NCBI RefSeq assembly: GCF_006345805.1
Contig: NW_021832125.1
Span: 62,001 to 126,000 of the forward strand
Reading direction: 5' to 3'
Length of the DNA: 64,000 bases
Source: Octopus sinensis
Taxonomy: Eukaryota
Numbering within the stretch: position 1 is the stretch's first letter; every line of letters starts with the position of its first letter. The position numbers and the translations under genes are program-made. The notes under the pieces were generated by a model that was not told the origin of the DNA, did not search any database, and saw only the letters and a program-made list of their open reading frames with translations. This document shows, piece by piece, positions 10,976 to 23,309 of this stretch.

Positions 10976-13900
10976 ACTAAAAACCAAACAATTCATAATA
11001 AAATTAAATCACTTGAAATGTTTACTGCAGACGATGATACGAGAGCAAGATTTCAACATGATTCATCGTACAGGACATTTATTTAATCAGTTTATTGTAG
11101 ATATGTATGCAAAGATAGAAGCAGAGACTTCTCTACATTCGTTTAAATCAGCGAAAACTAAGAGCTGAGGAGTATATACATCTAAGAGATGCAATAATTA
11201 ATGATGGTAATGTAACTGATGTAGGTCTAATGGTTATTTTGCCGTCGTCATTCACGGGAGGACCAAGATATATGCATGAACGCACACAAGATGCGATGAC
11301 GTACGTAAGAAATTACGGAACACCGGATTTGTTTATCACTTTTACATGTAATCAAAAATGGCCAGAAATTAGTGATAACATATTTATAGGGCAAAAGGCA
11401 GAGTATAGACAAGACATCATTGCGAGAGTTTTTAAACGGAAAGTCGATAAGATGATGGATCTTCTCACAAAGGGACAGATATTTGGAAAGACAAGATGCC
11501 ACATGTATACAGTAGAGTGGCAAAAAAGAGGTTTGCCACATATACACATATTGTTATGGTTAATCACTAAAATTAGGGCTACAGAGATAGACGATTGCAT
11601 ACGGGCAGAATTGCCAAATCCAAGTGAAGATAGAGAATTATAGGAGATCATCAAAAGAAATATGATACATGGTCCATGTGGCATGTATAACAGATCATCA
11701 CCGTGTATGCGGTGATATGTGTATGCGAAATGGTAAGTGTTCTAAAGGGTACCCTAAAAACTTAATATATAATACGCAAACAAGTGAAAATGGATTTCCG
11801 CTTTACCGAAGAAGGGGCACAGCTGAAGGAGGATTTACTGCAACTCTCCACGAAGGAAAAGAAAATAACAGTTGACGACAGGTGGGTGGTACCTTATAAT
11901 CCACTGTTATGTAAGATTTTTGATGCTCATATTAATGTTGAATTTTGTAATTCTATTAGATCAATTAAATATATATGTAAATACATTAATAAAGGGTCGG
12001 ATCAAGCAATTTTTACAATTAAGCAGCGTGACGAGCCAAGCTTTTTTCACCATGGACGATTCATCTGTAATGAAAGAGCATGGAGAATTTTCGGATATCC
12101 GATTCATGAAAGATATCCATTAGTAATGCATTTAGCGGTGCACTTGGAAAATGGACAAAGGATATATTTTACAGAAGAAACTGCCCGTAATCAAGTTATG
12201 AATCCAAAAAATTCAACGCTTATGGCCTACTTTGAATTATGTCGGACTGATGAATTTGTGAAGACAATTTATTATGTTGATGTTCCTAGATATTATACGT
12301 GAGAAGTGGCCGGAAAGAAATTTAAAAGAAGGATAAGAGGAGAGCCAGTAAACGGGCATAACGGTATTGTAAGTACGGATGCATTGGGTAGAGTATATAC
12401 CGTGCATCCAAATAATTTTGAATGTTATTGTGTTAGGTTACTTTTGCACAACATTCGAGGGCCAGAATCATTCACTGATCTGCAGACTGTCAATGGTGTA
12501 CTCTGCGAAACATACAGAGAAGCCTGTTTTAAATTAGGTATTTTAGAGGATGACAACCACTGGAATCAGACTTTAACAGAAGCCGCAATTGCAGATTCCC
12601 CATCGCGACTAAGGTATTTATATACTTTGATGCTAGCCCATTGTGGGTTAGCAAATCCTAAGCAACTGTGGGAGGGGCATCGAGAAAGCATGTGCGAAGA
12701 TATATTAAGAGAGAAGAATAGATCGACTTTTGATGAAGAGATTTTCAACATTGGATTAATCATGATAGACAGATTGCTAATATCTGTCGTAGGTAAGAGT
12801 GTAAGTGATTTTGGTTTAACAATCAGTGATCTTCATAATATAAATTCTTTAGATGAGCATTATAATTTAGAAGAACTTCAAAAAATTGTGGAAGAAAGAG
12901 AACAAAGCTTATTACCTGGGCAGTTGGAAATATACAGAGAAATTAACCGAGTCATCCAAAAAGAAAATGGTTCTATCATCTTTATTGATGCACCAGGTGG
13001 TACAGGTAAGACCTATCTTCTAAATTTATTGTTAGCAAAGGTGAGAAGCGACAATCAAATAGCATTAGCAGTTGCATCGTCTGGAATTGCTGCAACTCTT
13101 TTAGATGGAGGTCGAACAGCACATTCAACATTCCCTTGACCCTGTCTTACAATACTGAACCGGTTTGTAATGTGAAAAAAAATTCAGTTGCGGGTTATAG
13201 AATTATGAATTCTAGGTTAATTGTTTGGGATGAATGCACAATGGCTCATAAGGGCGCATTCGAAGCAGTCGACAGAACATATAGAGATATCAAGAATTGT
13301 GAGTAACTGTTGTTTGGGGGAGCAATAGTTGTATTGGCAGGTGATTTTAGACAAACTCTGCCAATTATTCAAAGAGGGACGCCTGCGGATGAATTGAATG
13401 CCTGCCTCAAATCGTCATACCTGTGGACACACGTCAAAAAAGTAAGCTTAGATGTAAATGTACGTGCACATTTACAAGGCGTCAATAGCATATTTCCAAA
13501 TATCCTTTTAGATATTGGAAATGGGGCAATTACTTCAGATATACAGGATCAGAAAATCAGTCTACCGGAAGAATTATGTATATATGTGAATACAGCAGAA
13601 GAATTATTCAGTTCAGTATATTCTGAACTATCAGAACACTACAGGAATTTCGACTGGCTTCGTGAACGAGCTATATTAGCTCCGCTAAATGATGAGGTAC
13701 TTAATATAAATTTAGATTTATTAATCAAAATCCCTGGAGAAGAAAGAATATATAAATCGGTGGACGTTATTATGGACCATGAAAGAGCCTGCGAATATCC
13801 GGTTGAATTTTTAAACTCCTTAGATCCCTCTGGAATGCCGAATCATCTTTTAAAGTTAAAGATAGGCGTTCCAGTGGTTTTATTACGAAATCTTGCGCCA

Positions 13901-14378
13901 CCTAAATTATGCAACGGAACGAGGTTAGTTATCAAAAATTTGATGGCTAACGTAATAGAGGCGACGATATTAACAGGTAAGTATAGAGGTGGGGATGTTT
14001 ATATTCCACGAATTCCGATAATTTCTGATGAATTACCATTTAGATTTAAAAGGCTGCAATTTCCTTTGAGGATGAGTTTTGCAATGACAATAAACAAGGC
14101 CCAGGGACAGTCATTAAAGGTAGTTGGGTTATTTTTAGAGAGTGAGTGCTTTTCACATGGACAGCTGTATGTGGGATGCTCGAGGGTAGGCAGAAGAGAA
14201 AATTTATTCATATATGCCAAGGAAGGACGGACGACAAACATCGTTTATCAACAGGCGATAGAATACGGTTACATTAAACCATGTAGTTTTATACATCTAC
14301 ATAAACTTATAGTTGTTTGATGAAACAAACCCTCCGCAGGAGCTAGGTCGCGGTGAGCGAAGCGAGCTGCCGAGCTAG
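10975..14378 (+). mobile_element. Helitron RepHel pseudogene, 5'-truncated
   Basis: Rep motifs PDLFITFTCN, EWQKRGLPHIHIL and KYICKYINKG. PIF1-like helicase [25 protein letters not shown]-rich subterminal hairpin and CTAG end (14375-14378) followed by T. Several frameshifts and stops. Confidence 0.95.
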
Positions 14379-16090
14379 TTATAAATAAGAAATAAGTAAA
14401 AAAGGAGATTAATAGAAAAAAATCGAAAAATATCACAAACAGTATAAATAAGTAAAAAAGGAGATTAATAGAAAAAATCGAAAAATATCACAAAAATTAT
14501 AAATAAGAAATAAGTAAAAAAGGAGATTAAAGGAACAAAATCGAAAAATATCACAAAAATTATAAATAAGAAATAAGAAGAAAGAAGATTAATAGAAAAA
14601 ATCGAAAAATATCACAAAAATTATAAATAAGAAATAAGTAAAAAAGGAGATTAATAGAAAAAAATCGAAAAATATCACAAAAATTATAAATAAGAAATAA
14701 GTAAAAAAGGAGATTAAAGGAATAAAATCGAAAAATATCACAAACAGTATAAATAAGTAAAAAAGGAGATTAAAGGAATAAAATCGAAAAATATCACAAA
14801 AATTATAAATAAGAAATAAGAAAAAAGAAGATTAATAGAAAAAATCGAAAAATATCACAAAAATTATAAATAAGAAATAAGTAAAAAAGAAGATTAATAG
14901 AAAAAATCGAAAAATATCACAAAAATTATAAATAAGAAATAAGTAAAAAAGGAGATTAAAGGAATAAAATCGAAAAATATCACAAAAATTATAAATAAGA
15001 AATAAGTAAAAAAGGAGATTAAAGGAACAAAATCGAAAAATATCACAAACAGTATAAATAAGTAAAAAAGGAGATTAAAGGAACAAAATCGAAAAATATC
15101 ACAAACAGTATAAATAAGTAAAAAAGGAGATTAATAGAAAAAATCGAAAAATATCACAAACAGTATAAATAAGTAAAAAAGGAGATTAATAGAAAAAATC
15201 GAAAAATATCACAAACAGTATAAATAAGTAAAAAAGGAGATTAATAGAAAAAATCGAAAAATATCACAAACAGTATAAATAAGTAAAAAAGGAGATTAAA
15301 GGAATAAAATCGAAAAATATCACAAAAATTATAAATAAGAAATAAGAAGAAAGAAGATTAATAGAAAAAATCGAAAAATATCACAAAAATTATAAATAAG
15401 AAATAAGTAAAAAAGGAGATTAATAGAAAAAATCGAAAAATATCACAAACAGTATAAATAAGTAAAAAAGGAGATTAATAGAAAAAAATCGAAAAATATC
15501 ACAAAAATTATAAATAAGAAATAAGAAGAAAGAAGATTAATAGAAAAAAATCGAAAAATATCACAAACAGTATAAATAAGTAAAAAAGAAGATTAATAGA
15601 AAAAAATCGAAAAATATCACAAACAGTATAAATAAGTAAAAAAGGAGATTAATAGAAAAAAATCGAAAAATATCACAAAAATTATAAATAAGAAATAAGA
15701 AAAAAGAAGATTAATAGAAAAAATCGAAAAATATCACAAACAGTATAAATAAGTAAAAAAGGAGATTAAAGGAACAAAATCGAAAAATATCACAAACAGT
15801 ATAAATAAGTAAAAAAGAAGATTAAAGGAACAAAATCGAAAAATATCACAAAAATTATAAATAAGAAATAAGAAAAAAGAAGATTAATAGAAAAAATCGA
15901 AAAATATCACAAACAGTATAAATAAGTAAAAAAGGAGATTAAAGGAACAAAATCGAAAAATATCACAAAAATTATAAATAAGAAATAAGTAAAAAAGGAG
16001 ATTAAAGGAATAAAATCGAAAAATATCACAAACAGTATAAATAAGTAAAAAAGGAGATTAAAGGAATAAAATCGAAAAATATCACAAAAA
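14379..16090. repeat. AT-rich minisatellite, 29 units of ~54-64 bp
   Basis: 29 copies of TCGAAAAATATCAC counted by eye. Units mix alternative sub-blocks (AAACAG/AAAAAT, GGAG/GAAG, TAATAG/TAAAGG). Confidence 0.95.
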
Positions 16091-16350
16091 TGATGAACTT
16101 TCAAATAATTAAATCATTAAAAGAAAATACATCCTGAATTATTCCTTCTGAATCCAATTAAAATAAAAAAAAATTAAAGTGTAGCAAATAATTAAGAGAG
16201 CACCACAAAGTAAATCAACAGCGTGCGCACACGTGGCATAATTTATTATGCATTAAGAAATTAAGATAATTGACAATAATTAATGAAAAAAACTTTATTT
16301 TTATTACAAAACAGTATTGAATGTCAGTAATTCTTACTTTTACAGAGAGC
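16091..16350 (+). repeat. Conserved flank of the minisatellite element with CGTG..CACG hairpin
   Basis: Homologous, in inverted orientation, to 46505-46780. Motif GCGTGCGCACACGTGG at ~16220. Confidence 0.8.
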
Positions 16351-17060
16351 AAGTTATGTAACTTATTTCTTCGCAGGGATATTTTTCTTAATATGCTCGA
16401 TTGCTTTTCTTCCCTGCAAACATGACAACATCGGTGAAGAAAGGCGGCTGCATTGGGACTATTGTTGTTAAGAACTATTTGGTTGTTTGTTTGCAAAAGT
16501 CGGATCCAATAAGAAAATTCCACCTATTAGTGACAAACTCCAGCTCATTCAGTTGGGTGTTGGCGTGTCTGGCGGGTGCGAAGCCTCGGTCCATGCATCC
16601 AGGAGTTTTATTGAATTGTCCAGTTTTCCTAAACAGCCCTGACCCTGACTATTATTAAAATTAAATGTAAAGAATGCGTTCAATTCTCCCAACAGAAAGC
16701 ATTTACTTGAATTTTGTAAATACATAATTTTTTTATTGCTGCCATTTGTTTTTCTTTCATATGAGCACCTGAGCGATTCTTTTATTTCTTCTTTTTTGGT
16801 GTAGAGCAAGTCGATCTTTTGGGTCCATTATTATTTGCTCTTTACGTAGATTTTGTTACACGTAAAGATACGTCGCCTCTTAAAATTTGGTATTTGGATG
16901 ATTGTATCGGTGGTCTGTAAAATTATTTATGGACATTATGTTGACTCGCTGGAGCATCTTTTGGACCAGCACGGGCCAGCTTGCTTTCGGGCCAGTCGCC
17001 AACCATATTCTGGCTCTTGCCTTAACCTCCTTCCCACGATGTGTAACACCTGCTGATGTG
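16350..17060 (+). mobile_element. Degenerate CRE-like RT fragment
   Basis: QLGVGVSGGCEASVHA, LKLNVKNAFNS, ASRQPYSGSCLNLLP. Internal deletions. Confidence 0.8.
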
Positions 17061-17629
17061 ATTTAATTAAAAACGGAGTTCTATATTGTAGTATGATTAC
17101 TGGCTGGGTTCGCTAAAAATGTGGATGAAACAACTTTTATACGTCATTAGCTAACGTATCAGATCTAATTATTGCTAGGAAAATACAGCGCCCAACCTTT
17201 ATCGACAGAGACAACTGCTTTGTTGCTACCGCGGGAAATGACAAACGAAATTCTTTGTCAGGACTTGAGTTCTCTCAGTTAAAGAATTTATTGTCTAATG
17301 TTTAAAATAACTAACTTATTTTCCTCTCTCTGTATTCATGATTTATTACACAAATTGTGGGGAAATATCGAATATTGGTTGACGGTTATCTGCTTCGATT
17401 GAAAAGTAAGGTCATAATTTTCTCGTCGCTTGTGCTACACCTTGGACAATATTTTAAAAATCCGCTTCTTTGGAGGATCGAAAATGTCTGTTTTCTGATT
17501 ATTGAATCATGACGTCCTTTCCCAACCCCTCTCGCGAAGTTGTTGTGATGTGTAGGAACAGACATAGAACTTTGACGTAAGTGATTATGCTGTCTTGGTC
17601 GACTGGTTTCCCTTCCACTCTAGAGACAT

Positions 17630-17745
17630 ATCGCCCATATCCTTCCTTTCAGGAAAAGCAAGTCTTTGGTTTGGGTCGCCACCTGCGTCGACTCTTTTTC
17701 GGTAACGTCGCTACCAAGGCTTGCAGCAGCCTGGGCTCCGCAATT
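17630..17745 (+). mobile_element. CRE-like RLE fragment
   Basis: GKSLVWVATCVDSFS...PGSA, closely similar to 18540-18620. Confidence 0.65.
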
Positions 17746-18184
17746 TATATTCCAAATATTTGTTGCATCAGAGCATAGTTAAAGAAGGATGCCTTATAAT
17801 ATCAAATCTTTATTAAAAGACAGATAATTACAAGTTAACTAAATTAATCCGCGATCCGTCCGATTGCGAAGTCGAAGGAACACCTCGGAAAGAGTGTTTT
17901 CCAACTGGTCCCTCTGCCAATGGGAATTAGGGGGTGCATCAACAATGTCAAAGACACCACTTGGTCATCAAAAGTCTGATGGATTCCACAGTAAGGTCCA
18001 CTTTTCCCTTGCAAAGTCGGACTTTCCACATATTCCCCCATGTGGCGAACATCCTGGATTCTCGCTGGCTACCCTTACTAAGTCCTAGTTAGAATAAATC
18101 AGGAAGAGATGACGATTAAATTAGAAAGGCAGTTTAATTTACTAATTTTTTTTTAAACAAGAAAGAAATTAAAGATAGCTAAGT

Positions 18185-18620
18185 GACTTACACAAATTTT
18201 TTTTTGTGTAATCGAGCATTAATAGGAAAAAAGTAAGCAATTGGGTGGCTAAAGAAATTGTCGAGGGCCTGAGGGTCAGCTCAACGATGCCGCGCTGCGT
18301 ATTGAGTGGCAGTTTCCGCGGAGCACAGCAACCGAGATTCGCTGGAACAGCCAGCTCGTCTCCCTCCGGTCGTTTGTTTTTGTGGAGATTTTTCTACCAA
18401 TGGCGGTGAGGAGTTGAGTCGCAGCCTTTCCGACGATTCCAGAGGTTTCGAAGGCGAGGGGGGCAAACTCAAAAGCGTCCGAAATACACCGGTATTTCGT
18501 CATCTTTGTCTCTTCAGCCAGCGCACTGGCGGAACCCGGGTTTGCGACAGTCCTGGGAAGCATTGTCGCCGAAAAAGAGTCGACACACGTGGCATCCCAA
18601 ACCAGGGACTTGCCTTCCTT
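18185..18620 (-). mobile_element. 5'-truncated CRE-like element with TSD
   Basis: KEGKSLVWDATCVDSF...FAPLAFETSG...QRISVAVLRGN. 12-bp TSD AGATAGCTAAGT at 18173-18184 and 18621-18632. Confidence 0.88.
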
Positions 18621-18924
18621 AGATAGCTAAGTTAATTAAAGGCCTCACGAGACACCCGGCCAGCCTCGCGAAGAATTATTGTCGTGTCTTATATCGTCCG
18701 GGCAGTTTATATCGTCCGGGCAGTTTATATCGTCCGGGGTGATGATCTACATTAATCATCTTTAATCATTTGTTAAACTTATGATTTTTATTAATTTAAC
18801 CGAAAATCTTACGGAATTAATTAAAAAAATATTTATTTATTTTAATTTATTATTATTGTTTTATCATTAAACATTTCCGTTTTCTTGTCTGATGGTTAGG
18901 ATACTAAAAATTGAGTCGGAAAAT

Positions 18925-18945
18925 CTAGGGTTAGGGTTAGGGTTA
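18925..18945 (+). repeat. Short telomere-like tract CTAGGG(TTAGGG)2TTA
   Basis: Read directly from the sequence; lies inside the Ginger-type element. Confidence 0.8.
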
Positions 18946-19498
18946 TGCGCTAAAATTAACGATTTAGAAACCGGGGAAGAAATTAAAATTAGCAAATCAA
19001 GAATAAAAAAATTATAAAAATAACTTTAATTTTGAATTAATCTGTTTTTTTAATTCTCTTCTTTCCATATTTCTTCAAGCAATTTAACGGCAGTATGTTG
19101 TCCCCCTCCTCTATATTTGTTTCTTCATAATAAAATAATTCATAGGTTTATATTTTTAAATCAGAACTGAATGATCGAAGTTTATTCATAAGAACCGTCT
19201 TTAAATAATATATAAAGACTTTAAAAAATTTATTAAATTTATTGTTAATAGAAATTTAATTTTTAAAATTTTTAGAAATACAATTCTGCAGCATTTAGAG
19301 TAAAGTTAAAAATACAATTTTTTTAGAAAATTCAAAACAATATAATATTTCCGGATTTTTGCCCGCGATCATGTATAGTTTTGGTAAGATACCTTCCATT
19401 ACTATGTTCTGAACTCTGTGTTCTTTTTTTATTTGTATTCATCTTTGTCGTTCGTGTCAAAGATGTTTAACAAATGATTAAAGATGATTAATGTAGAT

Positions 19499-21651
19499 CA
19501 GGGGTCACCAAACTTTTTGCACTCGCGGGCCGGATTGACCCCAACACAATGAACGCGGGCCGGAGCACGTGCATAGGATTATAATTTTACTAGAAATTCA
19601 TAAGTGTGTTTTTTACAATAAAAACTAATTTAAACAAAAATAAAGTAAACAAAAATTTTAATGAGAGCTATGGAACTGTGATCTTTTTTTGATAAGTTCA
19701 TCAATATTTGGTTTTAAATTGCTGCATCCTATCATGAGAATTGATTTTAAGTGTCCGTCAGTCAATCTTGCACGATGGGCAGACTTAACATATTTCATCC
19801 TCGAAAACGTTTGCTCACATTGGTAAGTTGTGCCAAATATAGAAATCATCTTTATCGCAAAATTCTTTAGTCTCGGAAACTCATCATCCTTGAGATATTC
19901 GTAGAACTCAGCGAGTTTGGTCCGTCTGTGACAATCTTTGAGCTGTTCATTTGATTGTAAGTCAATAACTTCTAATTGTAATTCATGTTGAACATTTTCA
20001 ACATTACAAGAAAATGGATTTTCGAACAAAATTATATCGCTTTCAATTTTGTCAAGTTCAGAAAACTTATGTAAAAAATGATGTTTTAATTCTTTGATAA
20101 TTCCAATTTGGAAAGTAATGTCGATCTCATTACAGTTTGCCTCACAAAAACTTTTAAAACAAGAAAAGTGTGAAAACTGACGTACTCCAAGTTGTGACTC
20201 GAATAACATCAATTTTTGTCGAAATGCTTTAATTATCCTGTAGAAATCACAAATTAAGTTTTCCTTTCCTTGTAATTTCAGATTTAGCTCATTCATGTGA
20301 GTTGTAACATCAACCAAAAATGATAATTTTGATAGCCAAGCAAGATCTGATAATTCGGGATAATAGTTATTTTTACTGGTTAGAAAAATATCAATCTCAC
20401 TTCGGAGTTTATAAAATCTATTTAATACATTACCACAGCTAAGCCATCTAACTGCAGTGTAATATGGTAAGTCAAAATATTCAGATCCAAAATCGTCAAG
20501 TAAAACTTTAAACTGACGGTGATTAAGTGAGCTCCCTCGAACAAAGTTTATTATGCGAATAACTGGATTCAACACACATGAAATATTAAGAGCCTTCGCA
20601 CATAGTGCGTGCTGATGAAGGATGCAATGAATGAACAAAGTGTTTGAAATATGTAATTCCTCCAATTTATTAGTTATTTGCCCAACTAGACCCTTTTTAG
20701 AACCAGCCATATTCTTTGCCCCGTCAATCGTAACACAACTCAGTTTCTCCCATTCAAGGTTATAGTCACTTATAGTTTGTTCCAATTCATCAAAAATATC
20801 TTTTCCAGTGGTTGTTCCATGAATAGAACAAACAGATGCCAGTTCTTCAGTTATGGAAATATTCTCATCAACTCCACGAATAAAAATAAGAAGTTGCGAT
20901 GTTCCCGAAATGTCAACTGACTCATCCAATGCAAGAGAATACCACAACATATTACTTGTCTTTTCACAAATTTGTAAATATATATTTTTTCCAAGCTCTT
21001 CAGTTCTCCGTGATACAGAACTCGCCGACAAACTTATTCCATCAAATAAGGAAGAATTTAGTGGGCACAAACAATTAACTGCTTCAATAATGCAATTTTT
21101 GATATACATCCCATCACTAAAGGGTTTCCCGTGTTGTGAAATAATTTTCGTTATCTCGTATCCAGCTCTTGTTACATTTTCATTATTTTCAAAATTTTTT
21201 TTTATAAGGCCTTGTTGAATTTGTAAAGTGCGTTTCAGTGATTCAACTTTATCCTCACGTAGCTTTCCAGTGTACTTGGAATATATCGGAGCATGATTCG
21301 TTTCATAATGACGTCGAATGTTATACTCCTTCATAACAGAGAGATGTTCGTGGCATATTAAACAATAAGCTTTCTGCTTTAATTCATCTTTCGCAAAAAA
21401 ATACTTCAATTCCCATAATTTATTGAATACACGGCATTCGCGGTCAACCTTTCTTTTCATATTAGACATAGCAACAAAGAAAAATTTAACGTTAATGCTG
21501 ATAAGCTTTTTTTCGAATTAAATCTTGCAAAATAGTTTTATTTAAGTTAATTATTAAGGTATTAATTGAATATCTCGAAATAGTGCGCGGGCCGGATAAA
21601 ATGTTGTCGCGGGCCGGATCCGGCCCGCGGGCCGTAGTTTGGTGACGTCTG
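19499..21651 (-). mobile_element. Complete SPIN/GTF2IRD2-like hAT transposon
   Basis: TIRs CAGGGGTCACCAAACT / AGTTTGGTGACGTCTG. 8-bp TSD ATGTAGAT at 19491-19498 and 21652-21659. Confidence 0.95.
19658..21469 (-). CDS. hAT transposase, intact and intronless (603 aa)
   Basis: BED-like CLIC...H...H, LALDESVD, TIDGA, CILH, RW, TTYQCEQTFS. Confidence 0.95.
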   Translation of the reverse strand: MSNMKRKVDRECRVFNKLWELKYFFAKDELKQKAYCLICHEHLSVMKEYNIRRHYETNHAPIYSKYTGKLREDKVESLKRTLQIQQGLIKKNFENNENVTRAGYEITKIISQHGKPFSDGMYIKNCIIEAVNCLCPLNSSLFDGISLSASSVSRRTEELGKNIYLQICEKTSNMLWYSLALDESVDISGTSQLLIFIRGVDENISITEELASVCSIHGTTTGKDIFDELEQTISDYNLEWEKLSCVTIDGAKNMAGSKKGLVGQITNKLEELHISNTLFIHCILHQHALCAKALNISCVLNPVIRIINFVRGSSLNHRQFKVLLDDFGSEYFDLPYYTAVRWLSCGNVLNRFYKLRSEIDIFLTSKNNYYPELSDLAWLSKLSFLVDVTTHMNELNLKLQGKENLICDFYRIIKAFRQKLMLFESQLGVRQFSHFSCFKSFCEANCNEIDITFQIGIIKELKHHFLHKFSELDKIESDIILFENPFSCNVENVQHELQLEVIDLQSNEQLKDCHRRTKLAEFYEYLKDDEFPRLKNFAIKMISIFGTTYQCEQTFSRMKYVKSAHRARLTDGHLKSILMIGCSNLKPNIDELIKKRSQFHSSH

Positions 21652-21819
21652 ATGTAGATCATCACCCCGGACGATATAAACGGGCCGGACGCTATAAGTC
21701 ACCACAATTATTAATTGACTAATTATATAATTAAGAGGAAGAATTATTAATTGACTGTTAGGGAATTGATTTAGCGGATATTGGGGATTCCACTCCCAGT
21801 TGTCAGCCACGATATATTA

Positions 21820-23309
21820 TGTCGCGAACTACGCTGGCGACCAGAGCGACCTTCATTGTTGACAAGATTGACAGGGCGACCTACATAGTTTGACACTAAT
21901 TACTGGCTAAAGATAATTGCTAAAAAATCAAAAAAACTTAACATTTTTTATCTCTATTCATAGTAACTATTTCGTAATTCGATCTAAATGTTTGTTAGGA
22001 AAGACAACTAACCATTAATCTGTATTTAGACATTATATTTTTTACTTTTCCCTTTTCTTCATATGGGGATTCAAATCTATGTAGCTTCAATGACGGATTC
22101 GTCCCACAATCTTTTATTATTCGTTTCTAAAAATAAATACATCATAAATTTACCATTAACTTCATTTTCGACAAACGATGACTCGTTATTTTCATCTAAA
22201 TTATAAATAAGATTATAACCTGGTATTTCATGAATCACAGTGTTTATTCCAGAAATATTCCTAAACTTTTGAAGGGGGTCTCATTGATCGCCGAGTGGTG
22301 TGTCGTATTATAGGAAAAAGTTACTTTGTCTAAAAATTGTTTCCAATTTTTACGTATTTTTTTATGTAGAGAAATTGTACAATAAGACCGGTTTCAGTAG
22401 CATGTTGTATAATTTGATTTTTAGAAATTTTTAGTTCCTTCTTTATCCATCAGTTTTGCCTTACCACGTGTCAATGTTTGGTTAAAGCGCTCAATTACAT
22501 CCTAATTTATTTCAAATTTATAAACTTGTGACTGGGGATGGTTTGGTTTTCAATTAATATGTTTGATTTTATTTTCTCCGCATATCTGATCCATCAGTTG
22601 ATTTTTGAATTCTAATCCGTTGTCTGTTTGTAAAATTTGACAATATCCAATTCTTCTAACATCAATAAGATCCGCCTGGAATCTTTTATTTTGACTTCTT
22701 GCCGTTACATGGTAATTAGAATCGGATACCTAAGTATGTTTAATAAAAAATACTTTTAACGGCCCAGCAAATTTACAAATTTCGCAGTCTTTTATAATTT
22801 GTTCGATAATAGGGCGTTTCACAGTAAAATAAAATTCACAGCACTTCTTATGAAGCTTTAGTATTCCCCAGTGGCATTCTTGGTGAATAGCGAATGCCAG
22901 TGTCTTCATCTCTATTTAATTGTCCAAAAAGATAACCAATTTGTGTTTTTGGTTATTATCGTCCTTTAGATAGAGACTATGAATTAGGAATATCAAATAT
23001 ACCGATCATCAATTATCATAAATTGATTCGCTTTTTTAATAAGTTTGTATTTTTCGGATTTAGTTGTAGTTTGTACGGGTATTTGGAGTAGTGCATTTAA
23101 AATATTTTTATATTCACTTTCATTTTTCACGTAACCTAAGGATTGAGACTATATTAATACAACACCTTTTGGAAGATACCATTTTTGTTAATTAAAATGA
23201 ATAAATTATTTTCGTTTTAATTGAATGTCAAACTATGTAGGTCACGCTGTCAACAATGAAGGTCACACTGGTCGCCAGCGTGGTATGGTCGCCAGCTATG
23301 GGCGCGACA
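21820..23309 (-). mobile_element. Ginger-like element, copy D (degenerate, both ends present)
   Basis: About 80-bp TIRs (TGTCGCG...CGCTGGCGACC). 5-bp TSD TATTA/TGTTA with one mismatch. H2C2 motif, FQADLID, QTDNG, ERFNQ. 24-nt introns 22730-22753 and 22502-22525. Confidence 0.85.

Larger units (their letters stand above)
18680..21706. mobile_element. Non-autonomous Ginger-type element with long TIRs, split by a hAT
   Basis: Ends TGTCGTG / CACCACA. 5-bp TSD ATTAT at 18675-18679 and 21707-21711. TIR of ~80-100 bp with TATATCGTCCGGG repeats; the right TIR is interrupted by the 19499-21651 hAT. Confidence 0.85.

Noticed and set aside
410-11000. LTR retrotransposon or Polinton origin of the integrases
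   Set aside because: No LTRs, RT/RNase H, polB or ATPase nearby; TIRs with 5-bp TSDs and introns fit Ginger-type DNA transposons.
10900-11050. Helitron capture of an integrase gene
   Set aside because: Both elements are truncated at the junction and no Helitron 5' TC end lies upstream; a deletion is simpler.
14379-16090. CRISPR-like repeat array
   Set aside because: There are no unique spacers; the units are contiguous variants of one AT-rich repeat, the context is eukaryotic, and no cas genes are present.
15907-16104. Hydrophobic 65-aa ORF
   Set aside because: It is a translation of the T-rich strand of the minisatellite.
18185-18215. Shared CRE target A(n)-T(n)GTGT, also seen near 34430
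   Set aside because: Low-complexity match in only two copies, and it conflicts with the 12-bp TSD boundary.
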